Source: Macrostomum lignano
Taxonomy: Eukaryota
Assembly: GCA_002269645.1 (NCBI GenBank)
Contig: NIVC01000036.1
Coordinates: forward strand, 395,961 to 459,960
Direction: 5' to 3'
Length of the DNA stretch: 64,000 nt
The notes beneath the pieces were generated by a model. It was not told the origin of the DNA. It made no database searches and was given only the letters and a program-made list of their open reading frames with translations. How positions within the stretch are numbered: the first letter of the stretch is position 1; each line of letters starts with the position of its first letter. Below are positions 1 to 10,003 of this stretch, one piece after another. The translations under genes were made by a program, and so were the position numbers.

Positions 1-90
1 TGTCTGTAATTGAAATGTCTCTGCGGTTTTAGTGAACACAACTGTCTAATTTGCACTTGACTGAGGCTCCTAAAAGGAGCCATGTCAAAA

Positions 91-790
91 CCAAGGACGA
101 CTTAAGTAGAAGGACGGGAAACCTCGTTTCTTAGAAAAGTTTTGAAGGCACTTTTTCCCGAAAAAATACACTACGGAGATAGGAAGTTTTCATTTTTTCA
201 GCACAAAAATTGTTATTGCGTTTGATAGGAGGCAGATCCAGTGTTCATCTTTTGATATGTTGTGCCTTTTTTATTGCTCTATCGATATTTATAAAGCTTT
301 TCGTTCAGAAAATTAGGATTCTATGTTAATTTTCTATTCTACGTATATTTCCTGTATCTAAAAATCACAAAAATGCATGACAGAGCTCCAATATTTGGTT
401 TTATGAACCTATTTTATCATCTCTGTTACAAATATTTGCTACACAGTCGGGTAAGAATGATAAAAAAGACTCATGAAGCTAAAGAGCCGAGCCGTGGCAT
501 TCTAATGTATTTCAAGCACAAGACACGCGAAAATATACGTAGAATAAAAAATTAACATAGAATCCCAATTTTCTGAACGAAAAGCTTTATAAATATCGAT
601 AGAGCAATAAAAAAGGCACAACATATCAAAAGATGAACACTGAATCTGCCTCCTATCAAACGCAATAACAATTTTTGTGCTGAAAAAATGAAAACTTCCT
701 ATCTCCGTAGTGTATTTTTTCGGGAAAAAGTGCCTTCAAAACTTTTCTAAGAAACGAGGTTTCCCGTCCTTCTACTTAAGTCGTCCTTGG
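91..790. mobile_element. MITE-like non-autonomous DNA transposon with ~260-bp terminal inverted repeats and a 6-bp target-site duplication
   Basis: 91-350 (starts CCAAGGACGACTTAAGTAG) is the reverse complement of 531-790 (ends CTACTTAAGTCGTCCTTGG), with about 3 mismatches seen. TCAAAA directly flanks both ends (85-90, 791-796). The ~180-bp spacer has no transposase ORF. Confidence 0.9.
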
Positions 791-967
791 TCAAAACCCG
801 AACATTGTTATCAAGTACAGCAGAAAAAGAAAGTGAAAAGCGTGTCCAACTCAAGTCTTATCTGAAAGCGCCTAAAAGCACCTAAATTTTATTTTTTGAG
901 TCAGAAAGAAGAAAGCAGTAGAAGGTTTTAGCAACAGCCAAAATTCTATCGAGTGCTGAAATTCTAA

Positions 968-2834
968 ATGCACCCAAAAATATTAATCTTCGTATCGATA
1001 TTTTCTGCAGTCCATAGTCAGCAGGTAATTGTGTTTTAGCTGTTAAATCATCCTAAGTATAGAATTAAGAAACTGTTTGCTAGTATGCATGTACTCACTG
1101 CTAATGTGCCGCTCTCAGGTAACTTGCGTGAAGCAGATAAACAACTGCAAATGTGAGACCAGCTCGGGAAAGTTTATCGATCTGTCACCGATAGCCAGTG
1201 CTAGCGGTTTTCAATTCAAAAGGATTCTGGGACCGAATCGGAACTGGGTGTACTCTTACAATCCGTGCACTGGTGTTCAATGCGAGTCTAGCAGTGACGC
1301 GGCTAGTTGTCAGAATTCCGCTGCGGGCTCCCAGGTGAGACAATCTTGTCTGTTTATTGATTTAACCTCAATCCAAGAGGGCTGATGGAGGTGCAAATGA
1401 CCGGTGGGACCAGAGTTTACATGCTCTAGTGCAATGTGTCTCAATTTGTCTGCAGCTTGAAGTCCCATGTCCCTCAAACCTCTTACTGCAGGTGTCGTTT
1501 ATAAGTTTTAGTGCTCTGAGGACCAGAGCGTCTCTTACATAGGGAGAGCTAAAAGATTTGGGGGAGCAATTTGGGGTGGGTGCTTGCTATCTGGGGGTGC
1601 TTGCTGTCTGGGGGATGCTTGCTATTTGGGGGGGGGTGCTTGCTATCTAGGGGTGCTTGCTATCTGGGGGATGCTTGCTATCTGGGAGTGTTTGCTATCT
1701 GGGGATCGTTGTTATCTAGGGGTGCTTGCTATCTGGGGGTGCTTGCTATCTGGGGATCCTTGCTATCTGGGGGTGCTTGCTATCTGGGGATCCTTGCTAT
1801 CTGGGGGTGCTTGCTATCTGGGGATCCTTGCTATCTGGGGGTGTTTGCTATCTGGGGATCGTTGTTATCTAGGGGTGCTTGCTATCTGGGGGATGCTTGC
1901 TATCTGGGGGTGCTTGCTATCTGGGGATCCTTGCTATCTGGGGGTGTTTGCTATCTGGGGATCCTTGTTATCTAGGGGTGCTTGCTATCTGGGGGATCCT
2001 TGTTATCTAGGGGTGCTTGCTATCTGGGGATCCTTGTTATCTAGGGGTGCTTGCTATTTGGGGGATGCTTGCTATCTGGGGGTGCTTGCTATCTGGGGAT
2101 CCTTGCTATCTGGGGGTGTTTGCTATCTGGGGATCCTTGTTATCTAGGGGTGCTTGCTATCTGGGGGATGCTTGCTATTTGGGGGGTGCTTGCTATTGGG
2201 GGGTGCTTGCTAGCTGGGGATGCTTCTATTTAGGGAGAATGCCTGTTATCAGGTTGAAGGATCAAATGAAGCATTCCGTGCTGTAGAGAGCCAAAAAAGG
2301 CAGGTATTGAAGCAACCCAACCCTGTCCTTCTTCAGGAGTTCCTGCTAGGCTTGCAGAGCACGGCCAAGTTTGGTTACGGCAGCACCTACGGTTTGTACA
2401 TCAAGTACGACAATAAGCAGAGTGGCGGGATCATCCGGGAGTCCATGGTCAGTCTGGTCTGCTCGCCGGACGCCACGGACAAGTTTGAGCCCACCGATGA
2501 TGGAGGAATTTCGAGTCCGTTTATATTCCACAGTAAGCTGACTTCGAAGCACGCCTGTGAGGTAGACGGTGGAGGTGGCGGCGGCAGCGGTGGCGGCGGC
2601 ATGAGCGGCGGGGACGTTCTGATCATCATAGTGCTGGTCCTGCTGGTTGTCTACCTAGCAGGCGGCTTCGCTGTAAACGTTTTTCTATTGAAGAAGACGG
2701 CCAATTTGCAGGCGTTGCCAAACTTGAATTTCTGGATTTCTGTGCCCGGCTACGTCAAGGATGGAGCGACGTTTACCGCGGCTAAAGTGAGAGGCTTGGC
2801 AACTGGGAGCAAACAGAACTATGAGAATATCTGA
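968..2834 (+). CDS. Cation-dependent mannose-6-phosphate receptor / ATG27-like type I membrane protein (~256 aa, 3 exons)
   Basis: Exons 968-1024 (signal peptide MHPKILIFVSIFSAVHSQQ), 1119-1334 and 2337-2834, all phase-0 GT-AG. Contains an MRH-like Cys pattern (CKC..IDLSP, YSYNPC, SCQ, SLVC, SKHAC), one TM helix (VLIIIVLVLLVVYLAGGFAV), the LPNLNFW..P..VKDG cytoplasmic motif and a C-terminal YENI sorting motif. Confidence 0.85.
1575..2225. repeat. G-rich ~17-bp minisatellite (GCTTGCTATCTGGGGGT variants) in intron 2 of the M6PR-like gene
   Basis: Directly visible tandem units; explains spurious ORFs 1571-2286. Confidence 0.95.
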
Positions 2835-3696
2835 GTGCTTATTTGATGCCAAACTGCAGAGATTCTCTGAAGCATCACTACATTCATGTTCTTGAATGCC
2901 TACTTCATAATGAATATCCAAGGATTTTCTAATCTCTTACAAATTAGAAGAATAAGAGGATTAAATTCTTGTATAGTACTTGTTGAATTTTTTGGTAAAA
3001 TAAAAATCAAATAAATTCTTTGTTGTGATCTCAAAACTGCTTATTTTACTTTTCAAACCAATACTGTAGGAAGAGCCTGGGTCCTAGGAGCAAGCTTTAT
3101 AGTCAATGGCCTACGGTGGAAAGGATTTTGTCTTCAACTCCTGTCTGAGCCATCAACTCCCGCACGCTCTCATGAACTCATAAATTCACTACTCAATCAT
3201 GAGCACTCCAATCGAAGATAATCAGGGCTAACAATATTCAATCAGTTTTTTTTTCGAGGATTTAAAAGTACGAGTACGTCAGAAGGACGCAGAAGGACGC
3301 TTTCTCGTACACTTGAAAGTTGGGGTAAATTTCTCAAGAAACAAACCAAAAAATATGTCATCTTCTTAAGTCCGAGTACGAGTACGAGTGTACTTGCTTT
3401 TTCAGGGGAGAATTCAAAGTTTTTCATTCGGAGGCGTGAGATCTTCGATTTGCTGATGACATCATGGAGGAAGATGCAGACATCCTGCAGGAGTTTACAA
3501 GATGACTTGAAAAAAAAATTGTCAGGAGATACGGAAATTAGCACTGAGAAAAAAGTAGTTCTTACTGGAAAGATAAGAAATACGGAGAATCAGTTGGGGG
3601 ATTTTAAAAATTCCGATCGCGATCGTGTACACTTGGAGGTGATGTTGATCGAGGGACGACCGAGCAGGCAATCTGAAGGAGTGGAGTGGAGGTTTA

Positions 3697-3729
<33 letters not shown>

Positions 3730-3746
3730 ATGATTATGATGATGAT
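3697..3746. repeat. (GAT)n microsatellite
   Basis: Directly visible. Confidence 0.95.
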
Positions 3747-3908
3747 CCTACCTCAGTAACGCATTTGTCAGCGAAAACCGGCCGTCATGGAAATTTACAC
3801 GATTTTCGAGTCTGGCGTCGTTGAAAATTACGAGCTAGATGTTGAAAAAATGAATTTTAGTTGCTTGGATGGATGGGCGGCAGGCAATCTGCTGCATCAG
3901 TTAGTTCC

Positions 3909-5807
3909 TCAGACTCCGCCCTCATTCTGCGCAGTCACCACCAGCTCCATGTTCACATCTAAGTAGTTCTCAGCAAGCCGCCTAGACAGGGTGTTGTGCT
4001 CGCACAGAGTCTCGCCCTCGGCTGGTCCGTACTCGACGCCGGGTCTGAGCAGCTGGGCCATTCTATAGATGGCGAACGCCTGGAAACAGGAGGCCACCTT
4101 TACTGGCGCTCCGCCTGAGACGCTGTAGTTGCCAAGCCGATCGGCCAAGTCCGAGTCGGACATTCCCGTGTCGGAAAAGTGCCTCGTTTTGAATGTCGTC
4201 AAGGTGCAGGGGTCGTATAGACGATTGAGAAAGCGAGTTCGAGCGCAAAGAGAGTCGAGTTTCGGTCGGGTTGCGAAGTAGTACAGGCCCTGAATTTTGA
4301 GAGGCAGTGAATATTATTTAGCCGTTTAAAGAGCAGAGAGATTCTGCAAGATAGCCAATGGTTTCTTGAGCTTTTGAGAGGCGTATCCATGTTTTAAAGG
4401 ACGTTTGCAACGCTTTCGCAACATTCGTCCCGTCACAATCGTCACTCATACACACGCTCACACAGAGTTTACACCGGCCCTTTGACTTTCTAATAGTGGC
4501 TTTTCGAACTACTTGTACTTGCTCGTAGTTGATGTTTTCAGGGATGTTTTGTATCGCATGCGGGTGCGCTAGGAGGCTACGCGTTGACGCTTTTCCTCGG
4601 CATACCTGCAGAATATTCTGAATAGGCCAGGAAGCAAAAGTCAGATCGGGATCCGTGACAATCAGCAGAGTGGCATTGGACGATTGCCGCTTAGCATAGT
4701 CAAGGTAGACATTCCGCAGGGCCGACATGATCAGCGTTCGGTCCCGTTTCTCCCCTGCCGAGCGACGCATCGACCAGCCGGGCCGGTGCGAGCGGCCGGA
4801 GCTGCCGTAGACGAGTTTCGGCTGGCAACGGGCTGCCGCATTGACGCGCCCGCAGCCGAGCACAGATACTCGGCGATCTTGCCTGGCCCAGTTGACCAGA
4901 CGCGCCCGAGTGTCGTCGTGACTGTCGCCTTCGACTAGAACAAATCGAGCGTCGGCAAATGCAGCTGAAAGGCGCAGCAAGTTGTCGATGTTGACAAAGA
5001 GAGCGTCCGTGGACGCCGAATCGCGGACAGTCGCCGCGAACACCACCGATTGACGTCGAGCCCAGTTCGCACCGATTGCAACGCGTCTTTGAAAACTTAG
5101 CTCTTCAGTTGAGAGCCGAAGCACGGGAAGTCGCCACTCATTGTCGAATTTGTGCATCGAAAGTCGACGGCGGTTTTGTATAACCCGATTTAAACTTTCA
5201 GCTTCGTCTAAAGATGTTGAAATTGATGCTTGTGATCGCTCAAAGTTCTGCTCATGTTCGTTGTAAGCTGAGCCGCTTGAGTCGAGCTGTTGCTTAGTGT
5301 TTCTGTGTTGATGTGTTTTTAATTATACGAGCATCTCGATAAACTACTAGATATGAGATAGATATGAAAACGAACAAACGAACGAACGAACGAACGAACG
5401 AACGAACGAACGAACGAACGAACGAACGAACGTTGAAACGAACGAACGATTGATGAAACGAACGAACGCATGAATGATCAAATTAACGAAGTGGGTAATG
5501 AAACTGGACTAGCTGTTTAAATGCTTACAGGTATAAATAATTGCATGAGCACACTAGTGTACGCACCTTATAAGAACAAAATTACTTACCTGGCCGCAGG
5601 TGGATCAGACCAAAAGCTCAGAGGAAGCAGCTCGGCACCTGTCTTTTCATTCACCAGTGGACGTCTTATAATCAGCAAAAGAAGAGTCACTGCCAGAATC
5701 ATCGCCAAAAGCTGCATCAGATAGCACAGCCGAAGAACTGAAGGCGAACTGTGCCGACCGATTCTCGTCACTAAAAATCCACTGAAGCTGCTCAGCTTGA
5801 GTCTCAT
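3909..5807 (-). CDS. Type II membrane GT-A glycosyltransferase resembling CAP59/CMT1-type mannosyltransferases and related bacterial/viral GTs (~430 aa, 3 exons)
   Basis: Exons 5807-5590 (MRLKLSS..., TM segment YLMQLLAMILAVTLLLLII, donor GTAAGT), ~5302-4606 (acceptor position uncertain; donor GTATGC) and 4289-3909. Motifs: FAATVRD, VEGDSHDDT, RTLIMSALRNVYL, DxD (TDPDL), LYDP, PVKVASCFQAFAIY, CEH. Confidence 0.75.
5371..5470. repeat. (CGAA)n microsatellite in intron 1 of the glycosyltransferase gene
   Basis: Directly visible. Confidence 0.95.
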
Positions 5808-6289
5808 CCTTGATGCAGCATTTAATCGTTCTTTCCTCCTTTTCATCCGTTCTTTTTCTTGTTTATTAAATAGACACATATTTTTTGCAAATAGCAAAAT
5901 ATTTTCAGTAACCAATCGCTTTCGCCCACTGCTCACTGCAATCCATCTATCACAGCGTCGCTTACTAATGCCTTTTCAGCTATGAAAAATTCAAAAAAGG
6001 CCCTCGAGATTGGCAATTTTTAAGTGCCATTACGATAATGGAAATGGGCATTAACGAAAAAAGTCATCGTCACAATAGAGGCGAGAACAGATTTTTTGCT
6101 TTTGCCTCGAGATGCGAACGCTTTTAAAACGCATCATAAAATTTTTCGTCATAAAATTAGAGAAAAATATTTATTTGACTTTTTCAGTAAAAATGAAATA
6201 TTTCACGAATCAACACAATTGTCTTGTTTCTTCTGCTGTTTTGTCAGCGAAATAAATACTCCAGGAAAAAAAATATCAACTCTCGCAGA

Positions 6290-7743
6290 TTATTCGTTGA
6301 CGGTCTCCGAGGCACTCGGCGATGGCGAAGTTGACGATCCTTCGCCAGACGGCGAGCCGGCGCCGCCTTCGCCTTCTTCGCCTCCGGCCGGCTCCTCGTC
6401 GATGACGCGTAGAACGGCGGCAGCGGCCTCGCGTTCCATAGGCGTTGACTTGCTGACGAAGATGCTCGAACCGTTGGTGAGGCCGCAGCCGACTGCGGTA
6501 ACGTCGCCAAGGAGCATCTGGTGCGGAATGCCAGTCGGCGAGGACAGCGTGCCCGCCGCCGGGTCGCCGAAGAAACCGTCGCGGCAGAACACAATGTCGG
6601 AGTCGGACTCAATGCCGAGACGACAGGAGAAGGCCCTCAGGGCGGCCTTGATTGGGGCACCCTTCTGCAGGCGGAATCGATAGCCCAGAGTCCACTTGCG
6701 CAGCTTCTCCTCGCTAAATAGGCTTTCGGATTTGGCCACCTGCCGATGGGAAAGAGGATTGGATTTTAAGGATGGGACTTTAAGGATGGGATTTTAAGGA
6801 TGGGATTTTAAGGATGGGATTTTAAGGATGGGATTTAAAGTATAGGATTTCGAAGCTGGACTATTATAGGTGGGATTTTAACGATGGAATTTCAAGGATA
6901 AGATTTTAAGGATGGGATTTTAAGGATGGGATTTTAAAGATGGGATTTTAAAGATGGGATTTTAAGGATGGGATTTTAAGGATGGGATTTAAAGTATAGG
7001 ATTTTAAGTGTAGGATTTCGAAGCTGGACTTATATAGGTGGGATTTTAACGATGGAATTTCAAGGATAAGATTTTAAGGGTGAGATTTTAAGGATGGGAT
7101 TTTAAGAATGGGATTTGAAGGATGGAATTTGAAGGATGGGATTTTAAGGATGGGATTTTAAGGATGGGATTTTATGGTTGGGATTTTAAGGATGGGAATT
7201 TAAGGATGGGATTTTAAGGTTGGGATTTCAAGGATGGGATTTTAGAAACGGGATTTTAAGGATGGGATTTTAAGGATCGGATTTAGGTTTGGTATTTTAA
7301 GGATGTGATTTTCAAGATGGGATTTTAGGAATAGGATCTCAAGGATGGGATTTTAAGGATAGGATTTTAAGGATGGAATATAAGGTTAGGATTTAGGGAC
7401 GTTAGTTAAAGTTTTTTCTTGCCCTCACCTGCACCAGACTATTAAGAACGGCACGATAATCAGGTATCCGAATGCGGAAGTACATAAAATTAAACTTCGA
7501 AGCCGTCAGCTTGCTCTGCTCGGCCAGTTTGCCAGATATAGCGGAGTTATTGTCCTGGTCCATCCAGGAGAACACGTCATCGAGGGGATTTAATCCCGAA
7601 GTCAGCGCTTTGTGCACCTGGGCGAGCTGCCGGTTCTCGCGGACGCGCTGCAGAGCTGGCGCAAATGGAACCGGAGCCATCTGGGGCACAGGATTTAGCT
7701 CTCCTGGACAGGATACGGAAGCTGGAACGTGCAGCTGATGCAT
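6290..7743 (-). CDS. Hypothetical protein (~254 aa, at least 2 exons) with an internal ubiquitin/SUMO-like domain
   Basis: Exons 7743-7429 (donor GTGAGG) and 6739-6290 (CAG acceptor), phase 0. YRFRLQKGAPIKAALRAFSCRLGI..IVFCRDG...LLGDVTAVGCGLTNGSSIFV resembles the SUMO/ubiquitin fold pattern. Start codon is uncertain (an acceptor-like site lies at 7827). Confidence 0.65.
6760..7400. repeat. 14-bp minisatellite (GGATGGGATTTTAA) filling the intron of the Ubl-domain gene
   Basis: Directly visible. Confidence 0.95.
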
Positions 7744-7997
7744 GCTTCTTCAAGGAATGCTACTGGATCAGCTGGTAGTGATGAAGTGTCCTCCTCGCTC
7801 TGGTTCTCTGGGGGGTTTGACCTTGGCTGAATTACTCAATTCTCTATCTACTGTTTAAGTACAAAACTATAAAATTTTAGTCTATGGTAGAAGCCTAGTG
7901 TTAATCTCCTCTGCGACCGTATCGCTGCGATTTTTCGTTGTCATATAAAGTACTCGTAGCTCATGTACTTTTGGCGAATTTGCATTATGTTCAATTA

Positions 7998-9258
7998 GTA
8001 GGGAGAGACAGGTAGGGAGAGACAGGTAGGGAGAGACAGGCAGGGAGAGACAGGCAGGGAGAGACAGGTAGGGAGAGACAGGCAGGGAGAGACAGGTAGG
8101 GAGAGACAGGCAGGGAGAGACAGGCAGGGAGAGACAGGCAGGGAGAGACAGGCAGGGAGAGACAGGCAGGGAGAGACAGGCAGGGAGAGACAGGCAGGGA
8201 GAGACAGGCAGAAAGAGACAGGCAGGGAGAGACAGGCAGGGAGAGACAGGCAGGGAGAGACAGGCAGGGAGAGACAGGCAGGGAGAGACAGGCAGGGAGA
8301 GACAGGCAGGGAGAGACAGGCAGGGAGAGACAGGCAGAAAGAGACAGGCAGGGAGAGACAGGCAGGGAGAGACAGGCAGGGAGAGACAGGCAGGGAGAGA
8401 CAGGCAGGGAGAGACAGGCAGGGAGAGACAGGCAGGGAGAGACAGGCAGGGAGAGACAGGCAGGGAGAGACAGGCAGGGAGAGACAGGCAGGGAGAGACA
8501 GGCAGGGAGAGACAGGCAGGGAGAGACAGGCAGGGAGAGACAGGCAGGGAGAGACAGGCAGGGAGAGACAGGCAGGGAGAGACAGGCAGGGAGAGACAGG
8601 CAGGGAGAGACAGGCAGGGAGAGACAGGCAGGGAGAGACAGGCAGGGAGAGACAGGCAGGGAGAGACAGGCAGGGAGAGACAGGCAGGGAGAGACAGGCA
8701 GGGAGAGACAGGCAGGGAGAGACAGGCAGGGAGAGACAGGCAGGGAGAGACAGGCAGGGAGAGACAGGCAGGGAGAGACAGGCAGGGAGAGACAGGCAGG
8801 GAGAGACAGGCAGGGAGAGACAGGCAGGGAGAGACAGGCAGGGAGAGACAGGCAGGGAGAGACAGGCAGGGAGAGACAGGCAGGGAGAGACAGGCAGGGA
8901 GAGACAGGCAGGGAGAGACAGGCAGGGAGAGACAGGCAGGGAGAGACAGGCAGGGAGAGACAGGCAGGGAGAGACAGGCAGGGAGAGACAGGCAGGGAGA
9001 GACAGGCAGGGAGAGACAGGCAGGGAGAGACAGGCAGGGAGAGACAGGCAGGGAGAGACAGGCAGGGAGAGACAGGCAGGGAGAGACAGGCAGGGAGAGA
9101 CAGGCAGGGAGAGACAGGCAGGGAGAGACAGGCAGGGAGAGACAGGCAGGGAGAGACAGGCAGGGAGAGACAGGCAGGGAGAGACAGGCAGGGAGAGACA
9201 GGCAGGGAGAGACAGGCAGGGAGAGACAGGCAGGGAGAGACAGGCAGGGAGAGACAGA
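7998..9258. repeat. Near-perfect 14-bp minisatellite (GGGAGAGACAGGCA), ~90 copies
   Basis: Directly visible; gives the spurious 428-aa ORF at 7991-9277. Confidence 0.97.
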
Positions 9259-9574
9259 CAGTAATACGAATTTTCAAGTCATATTACTTGTAGCAGCATT
9301 TCACACTAAAATAGGTAATAATTCAAACAGAATCCAAGTACTTAAGCCGCGTGTATTTATGATAAGCCAGCAAGCCATCTGAGCGAGAAAAAGCTTCTTG
9401 CACCAAGCAAATAAGATAATGGCTTGAGGAAAATAAGAAACAAGTTAAATCTTCTGGGTTTGATTCACAATAATGGACGGTTACTAAATAATAGATTATT
9501 TTACAGCACCGACGTAGTTTGATTATGAAAGGCAGTATAAGAAGCCACGGGGTATGGGAAGGTTGAGAATTGTG

Positions 9575-9850
9575 AAGTTTGGGGATGGTGAAGATTGGGG
9601 ATGGTGAAGATTGGGAAATTGTGAAGATTGGGGATTGTGAAGATTGGGAAATTGTGAAGATTGGGAAATTGTGAAGATTGGGAAATTGTAAAGTTTGGGA
9701 AATTGTGAAGATTGGGGATTGTGAAGATTGGGGATGGTGAAGATTGGGAAATTGTGAAGATTGGGAAATTTTGAAGATTGGGAAATTGTGAAGATTGGGA
9801 AATTGTGAAGATTGGGGATTGTGAAGATTGGGGAATTGTGAAGTTTGGGA
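9575..9850. repeat. 17-bp minisatellite (TGTGAAGATTGGGAAAT variants)
   Basis: Directly visible. Confidence 0.9.
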
Positions 9851-10003
9851 ATTTTTAAGTCTGGTGTTTAAATAAAGTCCGTTGAATTTAGCAAAGGTGA
9901 AATTTCGCTTGGAGAATGTGAAAATCTTACCAAAACCATCACAAAAGTCAGGATAAGGAACTGCAGTCAGCCCTAGAAAATCTCGGTTGAAGTTTATTAA
10001 ACT

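Noticed and set aside
3250-3850. 124-aa ORF and GAGTAC-rich motifs, possibly a transposon remnant
   Set aside because: No transposase motif, termini or TSD identified; the acidic run is just the (GAT)n microsatellite.
7700-7826. Possible frameshifted 5' extension of the Ubl-domain gene (PRSNPPENQSEEDT...PYPVQ in another frame)
   Set aside because: An uninterrupted ORF from ATG 7743 already explains the exon. The alternative needs an indel and an upstream exon I could not find, so it is left open.
7991-9277. 428-aa ORF (CLSLPVSPCLSLPA repeats)
   Set aside because: Translation of a 14-bp tandem array that happens to lack stops; no splice or composition support.
9260-9990. Short plus-strand exon-like pieces (VILLVAAFHTKI; HRRSLIMKGSIRSHG; GECENLTKTITKVRIRNCSQP) suggesting a small secreted gene
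   Set aside because: Could not be joined into a phase-consistent ORF, and the pieces are short enough to arise by chance.
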